The position numbers were made by a program, and so were the translations under genes. DNA of 32,225 nucleotides from a virus (taxonomy: Duplodnaviria > Caudoviricetes): positions 1 through 32,225 of the IMG/VR virus record IMGVR_UViG_3300020239_000013. One strand, given 5' to 3'. Positions 19,051 through 26,214 of this stretch are shown piece by piece (within the stretch, counting starts at the first letter, position 1; the number at the start of each line of letters is the position of its first letter). The notes below the pieces were generated by a model. That model had not been told where the DNA came from. It made no database searches and was given only the letters and a program-made list of their open reading frames with translations.

Positions 19051-19298
19051 CTGTGCCTCGCTACTTTCTTTGCAATTCGTTTTGGTTGTTTAGAGTGCTG
19101 CTTACCAGCTTTAGTATCTTTTCTTTTCTTCCTAGTTGTTGCAGCATACTCAGCGGCAGTTAAAGATTTTATAGCTGACGACGGCATATATCTTTCGCCT
19201 GTAGCTTTCGGACCTACAGTAGAATTCTTACCACTTTTAGTTCGCCACTTTTCTTTACCCCACTTCTTTAGACTTTTTTGACCTTTGGTTAAAGCCAT
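19047..19298 (-). CDS. Small basic protein
   Basis: QKSLKKWGKEKWRTKSGK...TGERYMP..AIK.L...EYAATTRKKR. Confidence 0.75.
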   Translation of the reverse strand: MALTKGQKSLKKWGKEKWRTKSGKNSTVGPKATGERYMPSSAIKSLTAAEYAATTRKKRKDTKAGKQHSKQPKRIAKKVARHR

Positions 19299-19471
19299 TA
19301 TCTATAGCCCCCACCTTTAGCTTTATATTGTTTAGCTAACATTTGAGCTTTACGTGCAGACCATTGTCCTGGTCTACCACCTTTACCACCAGCTTTTATT
19401 CTCTGAAAGAGTTGCTTACGCATAGTTGGTTTAGTATAATTACCTGCTTTATTTACTGTACTTTTAGCCAT
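19298..19471 (-). CDS. 57-aa basic protein (not in ORF track)
   Basis: MAKSTVNKAGNYTKPTMRKQLFQRIKAGGKGGRPGQWSARKAQMLAKQYKAKGGGYR; fills the gap exactly. Confidence 0.8.
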   Translation of the reverse strand: MAKSTVNKAGNYTKPTMRKQLFQRIKAGGKGGRPGQWSARKAQMLAKQYKAKGGGYR

Positions 19472-19472
19472 A

Positions 19473-19757
19473 TTACCATTTAACCTTATGTGACCAGTAT
19501 CTGGCGCTTAACTTGCTTGGGTTTGCATCTTGCGCATTATGTCTAGCATAATATGATTTCTTACGTGCTTTATCTTTTTTACTTGTAGGATTCTTACCAG
19601 CACCACGTACGCCTTGCTGTCCAAATCTAATTGTTTTAACTTTATCACCCTGCTTAGCTACCACTACATGTGATTTAGTAGGATGCCCTGGAGTCCTTTT
19701 AGGTTTATTATAACCTGACACTCCGGCTCTTTTTAATCGCGGATCCCTTTCAGCCAT
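19473..19757 (-). CDS. Small basic protein
   Basis: NKPKRTP.HP.KSHVV.AK.G...K.IRFGQQG...R.SYYARH...ARYWS.KVKW. Confidence 0.8.
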   Translation of the reverse strand: MAERDPRLKRAGVSGYNKPKRTPGHPTKSHVVVAKQGDKVKTIRFGQQGVRGAGKNPTSKKDKARKKSYYARHNAQDANPSKLSARYWSHKVKW

Positions 19758-20044
19758 TACTTTTCTCCTATAAAATCTATTATTTCAGCTGAATTATTAT
19801 CTTCAACTACTTCCCATTCTATAACTTCTTTCATTGCACCTATATATTCTGATAGTCCCATCTCAGATAATAACTGTAATGGCGCAGCTAACGTATCACA
19901 TTTAAATATTAATATCTTACATGATTTAGTTATTGTAAGTTTAATACCTAATGCTTCCGCTAGTGCAATCATAGCTATAGATTCTTCAGGTGATATTTCA
20001 TCAACTAAAGTTATAATCTTTGTGTTTACACACCTGGCTTTCAT
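19757..20044 (-). CDS. Hypothetical protein
   Basis: 95 aa ORF coupled to its neighbours. Confidence 0.6.
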   Translation of the reverse strand: MKARCVNTKIITLVDEISPEESIAMIALAEALGIKLTITKSCKILIFKCDTLAAPLQLLSEMGLSEYIGAMKEVIEWEVVEDNNSAEIIDFIGEK

Positions 20045-20157
20045 TGTATAAAGATATGATAAACTAACAAACCAATTATTAATAGTTTACCATAATCTAA
20101 ATCCCAGGCTGTGCCTTCACCAAAGTTTTTACTAAAATTTTTAAATTTTTCTTTCAT
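20041..20157 (-). CDS. 38-aa membrane micro-protein (not in ORF track)
   Basis: MKEKFKNFSKNFGEGTAWDLDYGKLLIIGLLVYHIFIQ; GGAG SD; ATGA overlap downstream. Confidence 0.6.
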   Translation of the reverse strand: MKEKFKNFSKNFGEGTAWDLDYGKLLIIGLLVYHIFIQ

Positions 20158-20158
20158 A

Positions 20159-20887
20159 TTATTTCTCCCTCTTAAGAACTCTAATTATATCTATAACATC
20201 TTTTTCAGGTATTGCTATTTCATATCTTGGATCTTCAGTATCCATTTTTCCACCAAAAGTTCTACCTTTTTTATCAGATATAACAGCATGAACATTTGAT
20301 CCAAAAGGTTTAAATGCTTCTGTATCTAACAATCCATGAGTAAATATCATTGGGCCTTCACCGGTACCTGCTTTACCAGGTACGTTAATTGATTTATACC
20401 TAAAAGTATTTGGATCTAATTCTTCAGCCATACTAGTATGAAAATTTATTTGAGTATCATCTCCATATTCTTTTTGTAATCTTTTCTTTTCTTCTAATAT
20501 TTTTCTAATTTCTGGATTAGATAAAGGACCAACATCAGCACCTACACTTCGATAAGGCATCGAAGCAGGATTGCCTAGTATATCACCTAAACTTCTATAA
20601 TCAGGATCTACTACTGCATTTAAAGCACGCTTACCTAACCTACCAACTGGTCTAGCTACTAAACCAAATGGTGTATATCCTAATCCTATTAATCCTGCAT
20701 TAGCAAGTGCTTTTAAATATTCACCTTGCTGATAAGCATTATATGCATCTTTACCAGTTTGTATATCTCCATAAGGAGTAAATGTTTCAGCAGCAAACTT
20801 ACCTAGCTTTTTATAATCTTCAACTGTAGGTATATTTATACCGTAATCTTCAGCGGCATAACCTGCATAGCTAGCTGGTAAAACCAT
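20159..20887 (-). CDS. Possible ejected protein with pre-toxin-like N-terminus and ADP-ribosyltransferase-like C-terminus
   Basis: Gly-rich helices (TPYGD...G.Y..AL..AG...LG..P.G) then FHTS...GEGPMIF...FG..V..V...YEIAI; GGAG SD favours the start at 20887. Confidence 0.45.
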   Translation of the reverse strand: MVLPASYAGYAAEDYGINIPTVEDYKKLGKFAAETFTPYGDIQTGKDAYNAYQQGEYLKALANAGLIGLGYTPFGLVARPVGRLGKRALNAVVDPDYRSLGDILGNPASMPYRSVGADVGPLSNPEIRKILEEKKRLQKEYGDDTQINFHTSMAEELDPNTFRYKSINVPGKAGTGEGPMIFTHGLLDTEAFKPFGSNVHAVISDKKGRTFGGKMDTEDPRYEIAIPEKDVIDIIRVLKREK

Positions 20888-20904
20888 GTTAATCTCCATT
20901 AGGT

Positions 20905-20936
20905 GGCGGATTTATCCCCTGCTTCCGCCGGAGCAG
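20905..20936 (-). ncRNA. Putative H-type pseudoknot between terL and the next gene
   Basis: Minus strand CUGCU-CC-GGCGGA-AGCAG-GGGAUAAA-UCCGCC gives two interleaved perfect stems in a GC-rich island. Confidence 0.55.
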
Positions 20937-20954
20937 CGAGGACAATGGGAACTC

Positions 20955-22625
20955 TTAAAGCCACTGTGTATCATCATCAAACAAAAAATTATCTGCTTTC
21001 TGCGACCAGGGTACTTTATTCATAGTTAACTTGTCATAATGTGTTCTTAATGTTTCTAAGGCAATAGCTGTAGCCATAATAGTATCATCATGACACCCAG
21101 GAGCAGCCTCAGTTCTTCCGGAGTCGGTACTAACATAATCTTTTAATTCCTGTATAATAGTACGTGATGCTATCCATATATCATCATTTTCTACAGCATT
21201 TTTTAAATTACCAATTATATGTGGTTTTGTTACCTGAGTTGTTTTAAACCCTGGTACCATACCTTCTTCTTTTGATATAGCCGAAATTTTTGTTTGTTTA
21301 TATAAATTTATATAATTCATCTGTGCTAGTCGAGATAATGTTGCAACGCCCATTGAATTACTTTCAACAGTTAACAATGCATTATTATAATAGCGACCTA
21401 AGTAAAATAATAAATCACCAAACTTACTAGGGTCAATATAATTATCTCTATACAAAGCAATTACTTTTCTATCTGTGTCCATAACAACAGCTGCTGAATA
21501 ATCTTGTCCAACACCTAATGCAACATCGGCAGCAAGAATATAATTACTATCCCAATCAGGAAACTCCCATATATCCAGATTGCCATCTTTCGATGCCTCC
21601 CACGTAAATGAATTAAAATCAAATATCATTCTTTTATCAGGTTCAGCAGGTAATAACTTTTTTAATTTGTCCATTGCAAATACAGATTTACCTGCAGTAA
21701 TAAATGCTTCATCGGGAGTTGCTGGGTATTCCTGGCGGAACTTTAGTTCCCCACCTTCAGCAATCTTCAACCGACGCCAGTAGAGTTGTCCGTTGTTTAA
21801 GTTGTGATCCTCTACCAGTAGCTCTTCTTCTGAAGAACGTTCGAAGTCTTCCGGTGGTTCTCTGTAGTATTCAGAGGTCGTAAACCACGGAAGGAATATC
21901 GGTGTATATTCATTTTCACCATTTAATGCACCACGCCATAATCTATAAAACTCACCTTGTGCACCATTAGCGGTTGACTCAAGTATAACTTCAGTACCCG
22001 GCGCTTCAGATATACCCTGAAACAAACCAGCTAATATTTTCTCATCATGTTGCCAGAAAGCAATCTCCGATAGATGTGCTATAGTCGGTGTAGTTCCACG
22101 GCCAGCCTCAGGACTACCCGCAGTATATAATCTATATGACGATACAGGTTTTTCACCAGTAGCATCTTTTTTAAAGTGAGGTGATGAAATAACAATTTCT
22201 TTTGCATTTGATCGCAGCTCAGTTGGTTTATACAAAGAATCCATATTCCTTATAATATTACGGCTCATATTAAATAGTGCGTCAGATGTTGCGCTGTCGT
22301 GTGCCATAACAACTGAACGAGCATGCGGTGTAAAATATGTTTTCCAGAATACTCTGCCAGCACAGTAAGTTGATATTCCTTGCTGTCTAGCTTTTAATAT
22401 AATAGCTCTGACCTTTCCGTTTGTTGCTAACTGTTCATCTAAAATTTCTGTAATTTTTTTCTGACAGTCGTTGAACGTAAAGTTTACAAAGCCCCTCCTT
22501 GCATCTTTAGTAATAATCTTAATATTGTCTGATGCAAAGTCAGTAAAGTTATTCTGATAGTTATTTAGCTTTTTTCTTTTATGTTTTTCTTCGAGAAGCT
22601 GGATTAACTGTTTCTTCTTATTCAT
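20955..22625 (-). CDS. terL: Terminase large subunit
   Basis: Walker A ILKARQQGIST, Walker B HLSEIAFW, ESTANG coupling motif, nuclease ADVALGVGQDYS, VESN and HDD.IMA. Confidence 0.95.
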   Translation of the reverse strand: MNKKKQLIQLLEEKHKRKKLNNYQNNFTDFASDNIKIITKDARRGFVNFTFNDCQKKITEILDEQLATNGKVRAIILKARQQGISTYCAGRVFWKTYFTPHARSVVMAHDSATSDALFNMSRNIIRNMDSLYKPTELRSNAKEIVISSPHFKKDATGEKPVSSYRLYTAGSPEAGRGTTPTIAHLSEIAFWQHDEKILAGLFQGISEAPGTEVILESTANGAQGEFYRLWRGALNGENEYTPIFLPWFTTSEYYREPPEDFERSSEEELLVEDHNLNNGQLYWRRLKIAEGGELKFRQEYPATPDEAFITAGKSVFAMDKLKKLLPAEPDKRMIFDFNSFTWEASKDGNLDIWEFPDWDSNYILAADVALGVGQDYSAAVVMDTDRKVIALYRDNYIDPSKFGDLLFYLGRYYNNALLTVESNSMGVATLSRLAQMNYINLYKQTKISAISKEEGMVPGFKTTQVTKPHIIGNLKNAVENDDIWIASRTIIQELKDYVSTDSGRTEAAPGCHDDTIMATAIALETLRTHYDKLTMNKVPWSQKADNFLFDDDTQWL

Positions 22626-22646
22626 TTTAGCTTCTCCTCAGTTTAA

Positions 22647-22684
22647 CTTTAAGGGGACATTTAAATTTAAACGTCTCCTTAAAG
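22647..22684. promoter_or_regulatory. 38-bp near-perfect palindrome upstream of terL
   Basis: CTTTAAGGGGACATTTAAA / TTTAAACGTCTCCTTAAAG, 17 of 19 positions complementary; one arm recurs at 26815-26832. Confidence 0.7.
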
Positions 22685-22810
22685 GGGGGATCTATATATT
22701 ATATATAAGCTGAAGGATAAGTAAACTTAACTTATAAAATGTGTATATACCCTTATATACTTTCAGCCCCCTACTTCTTTATATACACTTATTTTATTCT
22801 TACATTTTCT

Positions 22811-22839
22811 TTTACATCTTTACTTCCTTAACATAAAAT
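22811..22839 (+). promoter_or_regulatory. Sigma70-like promoter containing no G
   Basis: TTTACA-17 nt-TAAAAT, 5/6 match in both boxes. Confidence 0.65.
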
Positions 22840-22866
22840 TTACTCCACGTTGTTCCATAAATTTTT
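22836..22866 (+). repeat. Intergenic motif A, copy 1 of 3
   Basis: AAATTTACTCC..CATAAATTTTT; other copies at 23578-23610 and 26843-26874. Confidence 0.7.
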
Positions 22867-22903
22867 CTATACTTTTCTTTCAATTATATAAAGGATCTCC
22901 ATT

Positions 22904-23257
22904 ATGCAATTTCAAAAACCTCTTTCTTTTCTTAATCCTCTTTATAATTCACAACAATTCACTAACTTATATAATTATATAAATCTTCCACAAAATAATA
23001 ATTTCTTTCACACTCATTCATTTAATTATATAATTACAAATACACAAACCCAACAATTTTATACACAACACTATAAAATTATAAATCAAACTTTGGGTTT
23101 ACAACCTACTCCTTCTAACCCTAATTATATTACTCCACAACAAAATAATATAATTAACCAATATAATCCTCTTCCTCCAATACCTTCTACACCTCAGGCA
23201 TCTGAAGCACCTCAAACATCTACTCCCACTCCTTCAGAACCTGTTTCTAATTTATAA
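22904..23257 (+). CDS. G-depleted first early gene; N/Q/T/P/Y-rich protein of unknown function
   Basis: AAGGA SD, promoter upstream and terminator downstream; only 10 G in 354 nt; no in-frame TAA despite very high A/T content. Confidence 0.7.
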   Translation: MQFQKPLSFLNPLYNSQQFTNLYNYINLPQNNNFFHTHSFNYIITNTQTQQFYTQHYKIINQTLGLQPTPSNPNYITPQQNNIINQYNPLPPIPSTPQASEAPQTSTPTPSEPVSNL

Positions 23258-23263
23258 ATCTCT

Positions 23264-23295
23264 AAATACCTCACCTAAGCGGTGGGGTATTTTTT
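23264..23295 (+). terminator. Intrinsic terminator
   Basis: AAATACCTCACC-TAAGC-GGTGGGGTATTTTTT. Confidence 0.85.
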
Positions 23296-23300
23296 AAAAG

Positions 23301-23312
23301 AACCTACATCCG
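23301..23312 (+). repeat. Intergenic motif B (AACCYACATCCG), copy 1 of 3
   Basis: Other copies at 26379-26390 and 26896-26907; degenerate copies at 23661 and 24468. Confidence 0.7.
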
Positions 23313-23354
23313 TAGACCCACACGTGTTACGTTGGAGTTTACTTGAAGTTAATC

Positions 23355-23370
23355 TGTCAGAATTCTGACA
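23355..23370. promoter_or_regulatory. Perfect 16-bp palindrome (operator-like)
   Basis: TGTCAGAATTCTGACA, intergenic, about 35 nt before a start codon. Confidence 0.5.
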
Positions 23371-23404
23371 ATATAACCCGCGTCCAAACTTTACAGGAGT
23401 TCCT

Positions 23405-23575
23405 ATGTTATTCACCAATCTCAATAAACGTCTCGATGACGAGTTCCTTTTAATCTATACGAAGCTCAAGCACATTGAGAATCAAATAGATCTTCTCATC
23501 ACTAAACTCGATAACGAAGATGATCCCGAAGATCTTCTCTCAGAATCTGAAAAATCTTTTCTCTCAGATTCCTAA
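23405..23575 (+). CDS. 56-aa acidic early protein (not in ORF track)
   Basis: MLFTNLNKRLDDEFLLIYTKLKHIENQIDLLITKLDNEDDPEDLLSESEKSFLSDS; AGGAG SD. Confidence 0.7.
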   Translation: MLFTNLNKRLDDEFLLIYTKLKHIENQIDLLITKLDNEDDPEDLLSESEKSFLSDS

Positions 23576-23681
23576 TCAAATTTATTCCGGCTAACGCTAC
23601 ATAAATTTTTCTTTACTTTTCCTTCTCTACATATACACCTTATATAAAGGTCCAGATGTTCCTACATCCTAAGAGAAGCAA

Positions 23682-23712
23682 AACGAACCTGAGCATGTCG
23701 TTAAACTGCTCA
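23682..23712 (+). ncRNA. Putative H-type pseudoknot in the ssb leader
   Basis: AACGA(A)C/GUCGUU interleaved with UGAGCA/UGCUCA, then an AU-rich unstructured spacer to the SD. Confidence 0.65.
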
Positions 23713-23755
23713 CGAATTATTTAATCTTAACATCTAGCAAAGGAAGGTACTATCC

Positions 23756-24244
23756 ATGCAGAATTTTGAAGCACGTAATTATCGTATTGATAATGTCGAA
23801 ATCAATTGGGCTAAGCTAGCTAAGCCTGTAAATCCTTTTGGCACTGAGCAATGGGAAATACAAATAGCTACTACTGATAAAGCTAAAGCTGATGAATGGT
23901 CAGCTAATCATTTTAATGTAAAGACTGATAAAGCTGATTCGTCTAAGTATACTGTTTCTCTCAAAAGAAAAGCATACAAAGCTGACGGTTCATCTAACGG
24001 TCCAGTCAGAGTTGTTGGTAAAGATACACAACCTATCGCAGATCCTTCAGTAATCGGTAACGGTTCTGTTGGTAATGTTATTGTATATCAATACCCTTAT
24101 TCTACTGCAGGTCGCGAAGGTATTGCAAGTTCTTTAACTGCAGTACAAATCGTTACTCTTAACGAATACACACCTGCTGTAGACTTCGAGCCGATTGTTG
24201 AACCTCAGCAATCTAATGATCAACCAGCAGAAATGCCATTCTAA
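23756..24244 (+). CDS. Single-stranded DNA-binding protein (gp2.5/DUF2815-like)
   Basis: WAKL.KP, P.VV, IGNGS.GNV and L.AVQI..L.EY motifs; acidic tail ending in PF. Confidence 0.8.
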   Translation: MQNFEARNYRIDNVEINWAKLAKPVNPFGTEQWEIQIATTDKAKADEWSANHFNVKTDKADSSKYTVSLKRKAYKADGSSNGPVRVVGKDTQPIADPSVIGNGSVGNVIVYQYPYSTAGREGIASSLTAVQIVTLNEYTPAVDFEPIVEPQQSNDQPAEMPF

Positions 24245-24254
24245 GGAGATACTT

Positions 24255-24416
24255 ATGGGTGTTATAGCCACAGGTTTATTCCAAGGTATTGTTACTTTAA
24301 TGCTTATCGCCGGTACTATAACTGAGACTGAGAATCATACCTCACTCGATATAACCGGTCTTAAAGCACAAAAAGAAGCAATCTTCATGTCTACAGACGA
24401 TAACACGTCTAAGTAA
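24255..24416 (+). CDS. 53-aa protein with hydrophobic N-terminus
   Basis: TAAGGAG SD places the start at 24255 (MGVIATGLFQGIVTLMLIAG). Confidence 0.6.
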   Translation: MGVIATGLFQGIVTLMLIAGTITETENHTSLDITGLKAQKEAIFMSTDDNTSK

Positions 24417-24424
24417 ATAATTCT

Positions 24425-24456
24425 TAGGGACTAAGCGTTCACTCTCTTAGTCCCTA
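24425..24456 (+). other. Intergenic hairpin (terminator or RNase III-type processing site)
   Basis: TAGGGACTAAG-10 nt-CTTAGTCCCTA perfect 11-bp stem; weak U tract. Confidence 0.55.
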
Positions 24457-24497
24457 CATTATTTAGCAAACCGTCATCCAATATAGAAAGGTAGCTT

Positions 24498-25010
24498 ATG
24501 GCAGTTTATAGAAAACCTCGTAACAGTAAAAAGTCATGGCGATCTAAGTCATATAAATTTACTGTAGCAACTAAAGATGATAAAAGTCTTATCGATCTTA
24601 AAAATACTATTACTAAACAAAATGCAAACGTAAGAAAGCATGCAAGAACTTATCAAATGATTACAGATTATGATATGCTCTACACAGTGCGCCTTATGGC
24701 GCGTGGCCCAAGACGATGGCATACTAAATATAAACCATCTCTTGTAAGATACTTCAAAGGTGCATACGGCATTCCACAAACACAAAAGTTATTACATGGT
24801 AATGCTGATTCTAATCTTAATCATAAATTTGCTGAAGAGTTCGACGTATACGTACATCACGATAGACACGCTCTCGATAAACTAAAACATGAAATCGAAA
24901 CCGGTCAAACTCCTGGTGTTCAACGTAAAATCGAAAAGCTTAAGAATAAAATATGGCGTCTTGAGTTCCAAGCTAAAAATGATAAGTTAGCAGCTTATGG
25001 ATCAAATTGA
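24498..25010 (+). CDS. Basic hypothetical early protein
   Basis: 170 aa Lys/Arg-rich ORF, AAGGT SD. Confidence 0.7.
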   Translation: MAVYRKPRNSKKSWRSKSYKFTVATKDDKSLIDLKNTITKQNANVRKHARTYQMITDYDMLYTVRLMARGPRRWHTKYKPSLVRYFKGAYGIPQTQKLLHGNADSNLNHKFAEEFDVYVHHDRHALDKLKHEIETGQTPGVQRKIEKLKNKIWRLEFQAKNDKLAAYGSN

Positions 25011-25092
25011 TCCGTTTTGGGAATACGTCGGTTCAGGTATCGGCGTAATCCTTTTGATACGAGCAATCCTATATTGGTGGTCGTATCGATAA
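24997..25092 (+). CDS. 31-aa TM micro-protein (not in ORF track)
   Basis: MDQIDPFWEYVGSGIGVILLIRAILYWWSYR; weak SD. Confidence 0.45.
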   Translation: MDQIDPFWEYVGSGIGVILLIRAILYWWSYR

Positions 25093-25127
25093 ACCCATTC
25101 CCTTTAACAACTAAAGAGTTTAAAATT

Positions 25128-25406
25128 ATGCTATTTAAAGTATATAAAGATATTATTAACCATGCTCAATCAGCTCTAGAATCAAGATCTGATGAGCTCG
25201 AATCTATCGTAAATGATTTTATTGAAGAAACTGTTCTCGAGTTCCGTGAAAATGTAACTCAACTAGCAGCTAATCATAATTTTACTGATGAAGACATTCA
25301 AATTATTATCGCAGGCTGTCGTACTTCTGATGAATATAAAGATCTCGAAGACATCGAAAACTGCGAAATACGAAATGTTATGACTTCAACATTCTGTAAT
25401 TTCTAA
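25128..25406 (+). CDS. Acidic hypothetical early protein
   Basis: ATG at 25128 (MLFKVYKD) preferred over the track's TTG start. Confidence 0.6.
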   Translation: MLFKVYKDIINHAQSALESRSDELESIVNDFIEETVLEFRENVTQLAANHNFTDEDIQIIIAGCRTSDEYKDLEDIENCEIRNVMTSTFCNF

Positions 25407-25408
25407 CT

Positions 25409-25597
25409 ATGGTAGTCGAATATAAAATAGTACTCGATGAGAAAGAACGCGATTTGCTTCTTGATCTTATCGAACACCGAGTATTCTTAATTAATTCTAG
25501 AATTGATGAAAAGTATAATACTAAAGATCGTAAAGGTTATAAAGATTCATGTTCAGAATTAAGTATGCTTCATAAAATAGGAGACAGATTAACATGA
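25409..25597 (+). CDS. Hypothetical protein
   Basis: 62 aa ORF in a tightly packed run. Confidence 0.6.
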   Translation: MVVEYKIVLDEKERDLLLDLIEHRVFLINSRIDEKYNTKDRKGYKDSCSELSMLHKIGDRLT

Positions 25598-25680
25598 CAC
25601 TTCCAAGATTTATGCTCGGCATAGCTTTAGGTATTACTTTAATTTTAATCATTGAAAATGTAAAGGTTGTAATAATATGA
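25594..25680 (+). CDS. 28-aa TM micro-protein (not in ORF track)
   Basis: MTLPRFMLGIALGITLILIIENVKVVII; AGGAG SD; ATGA overlaps on both sides. Confidence 0.6.
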   Translation: MTLPRFMLGIALGITLILIIENVKVVII

Positions 25681-25916
25681 GTATGACAAGACCAGACTTC
25701 GAAGCACTTGCACATATGTGTGCTGACGAAACTCACAAAGAATTACTTTGCGATGCTACTATTGATTTACTAGCATCATTCTGTAAATCTCGAAATCCTA
25801 ACTTTGATTCTGACAGATTTCATAATAAAGTTGCTAAACTTAAACTAGCTCAACGTATGGCTATGAAAGGTGTTAACAAAGAATGGTTTGATAAACACGT
25901 TGAGGTTATACTATGA
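25677..25916 (+). CDS. Hypothetical phage early protein
   Basis: MTR.DFEALA....LA..C...NPNFD.DRF motif. Confidence 0.7.
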   Translation: MSMTRPDFEALAHMCADETHKELLCDATIDLLASFCKSRNPNFDSDRFHNKVAKLKLAQRMAMKGVNKEWFDKHVEVIL

Positions 25917-26143
25917 TTAAGCTATTCCACTTCGATGTTTCTGAAAGATCTCCTGTTGATAACCGAGTTCGAGCTTTTGCTAAAGCTACCTCGCTTGATC
26001 TCGGTCTATCTACTAAAGATGAAATCAAAGCTAAACAAAAGATTAATGGCACTCACTGGGTTCCATTAGGTTCGTTCAAGAATAAGAAAGATGCATACGA
26101 TTATATTCAAATACTTCGTGACGAACAAAAAGCATTACGGTAA
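25913..26143 (+). CDS. Hypothetical protein
   Basis: GAGG SD, ATGA overlap; the stop lies inside the tRNA 5' end. Confidence 0.65.
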   Translation: MIKLFHFDVSERSPVDNRVRAFAKATSLDLGLSTKDEIKAKQKINGTHWVPLGSFKNKKDAYDYIQILRDEQKALR

Positions 26144-26213
26144 CTATAGTGTAACGGTTGCACGACAGTTTGTGATTCTGTTAGTTTGAGTTCAAGTCTC
26201 AATAGTTACCCCA
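26139..26213 (+). tRNA. tRNA-His (GTG)
   Basis: G-1, acceptor GTAACTA/TAGTTAC, D stem GTGT/GCAC, anticodon loop TTGTGAT, T arm TTGAG-TTCAAGT-CTCAA, C73 and encoded CCA. Confidence 0.92.
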
Positions 26214-26214
26214 T

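Noticed and set aside
20890-20960. HDV-like ribozyme (UCCUCGC and CUAAUGG on the minus strand)
   Set aside because: The L3- and J4/2-like words are present, but P1 and P3 cannot be formed.
1910-21783. Plus-strand ORFs in the left arm (1910, 3456, 3889, 4416, 4705, 4975, 8084, 8094, 8546, 8859, 11160, 13590, 14956, 16606, 17318, 17377, 18897, 20111, 21580)
   Set aside because: Antisense shadows of well-supported minus-strand genes; their repeats merely mirror the fibre repeats and I saw no convincing SD support.
22904-23257. Prion-like N/Q-rich protein as the explanation
   Set aside because: G avoidance extends to the promoter, leader and nearly all third codon positions, so the amino-acid bias is better explained as a consequence of nucleotide bias.
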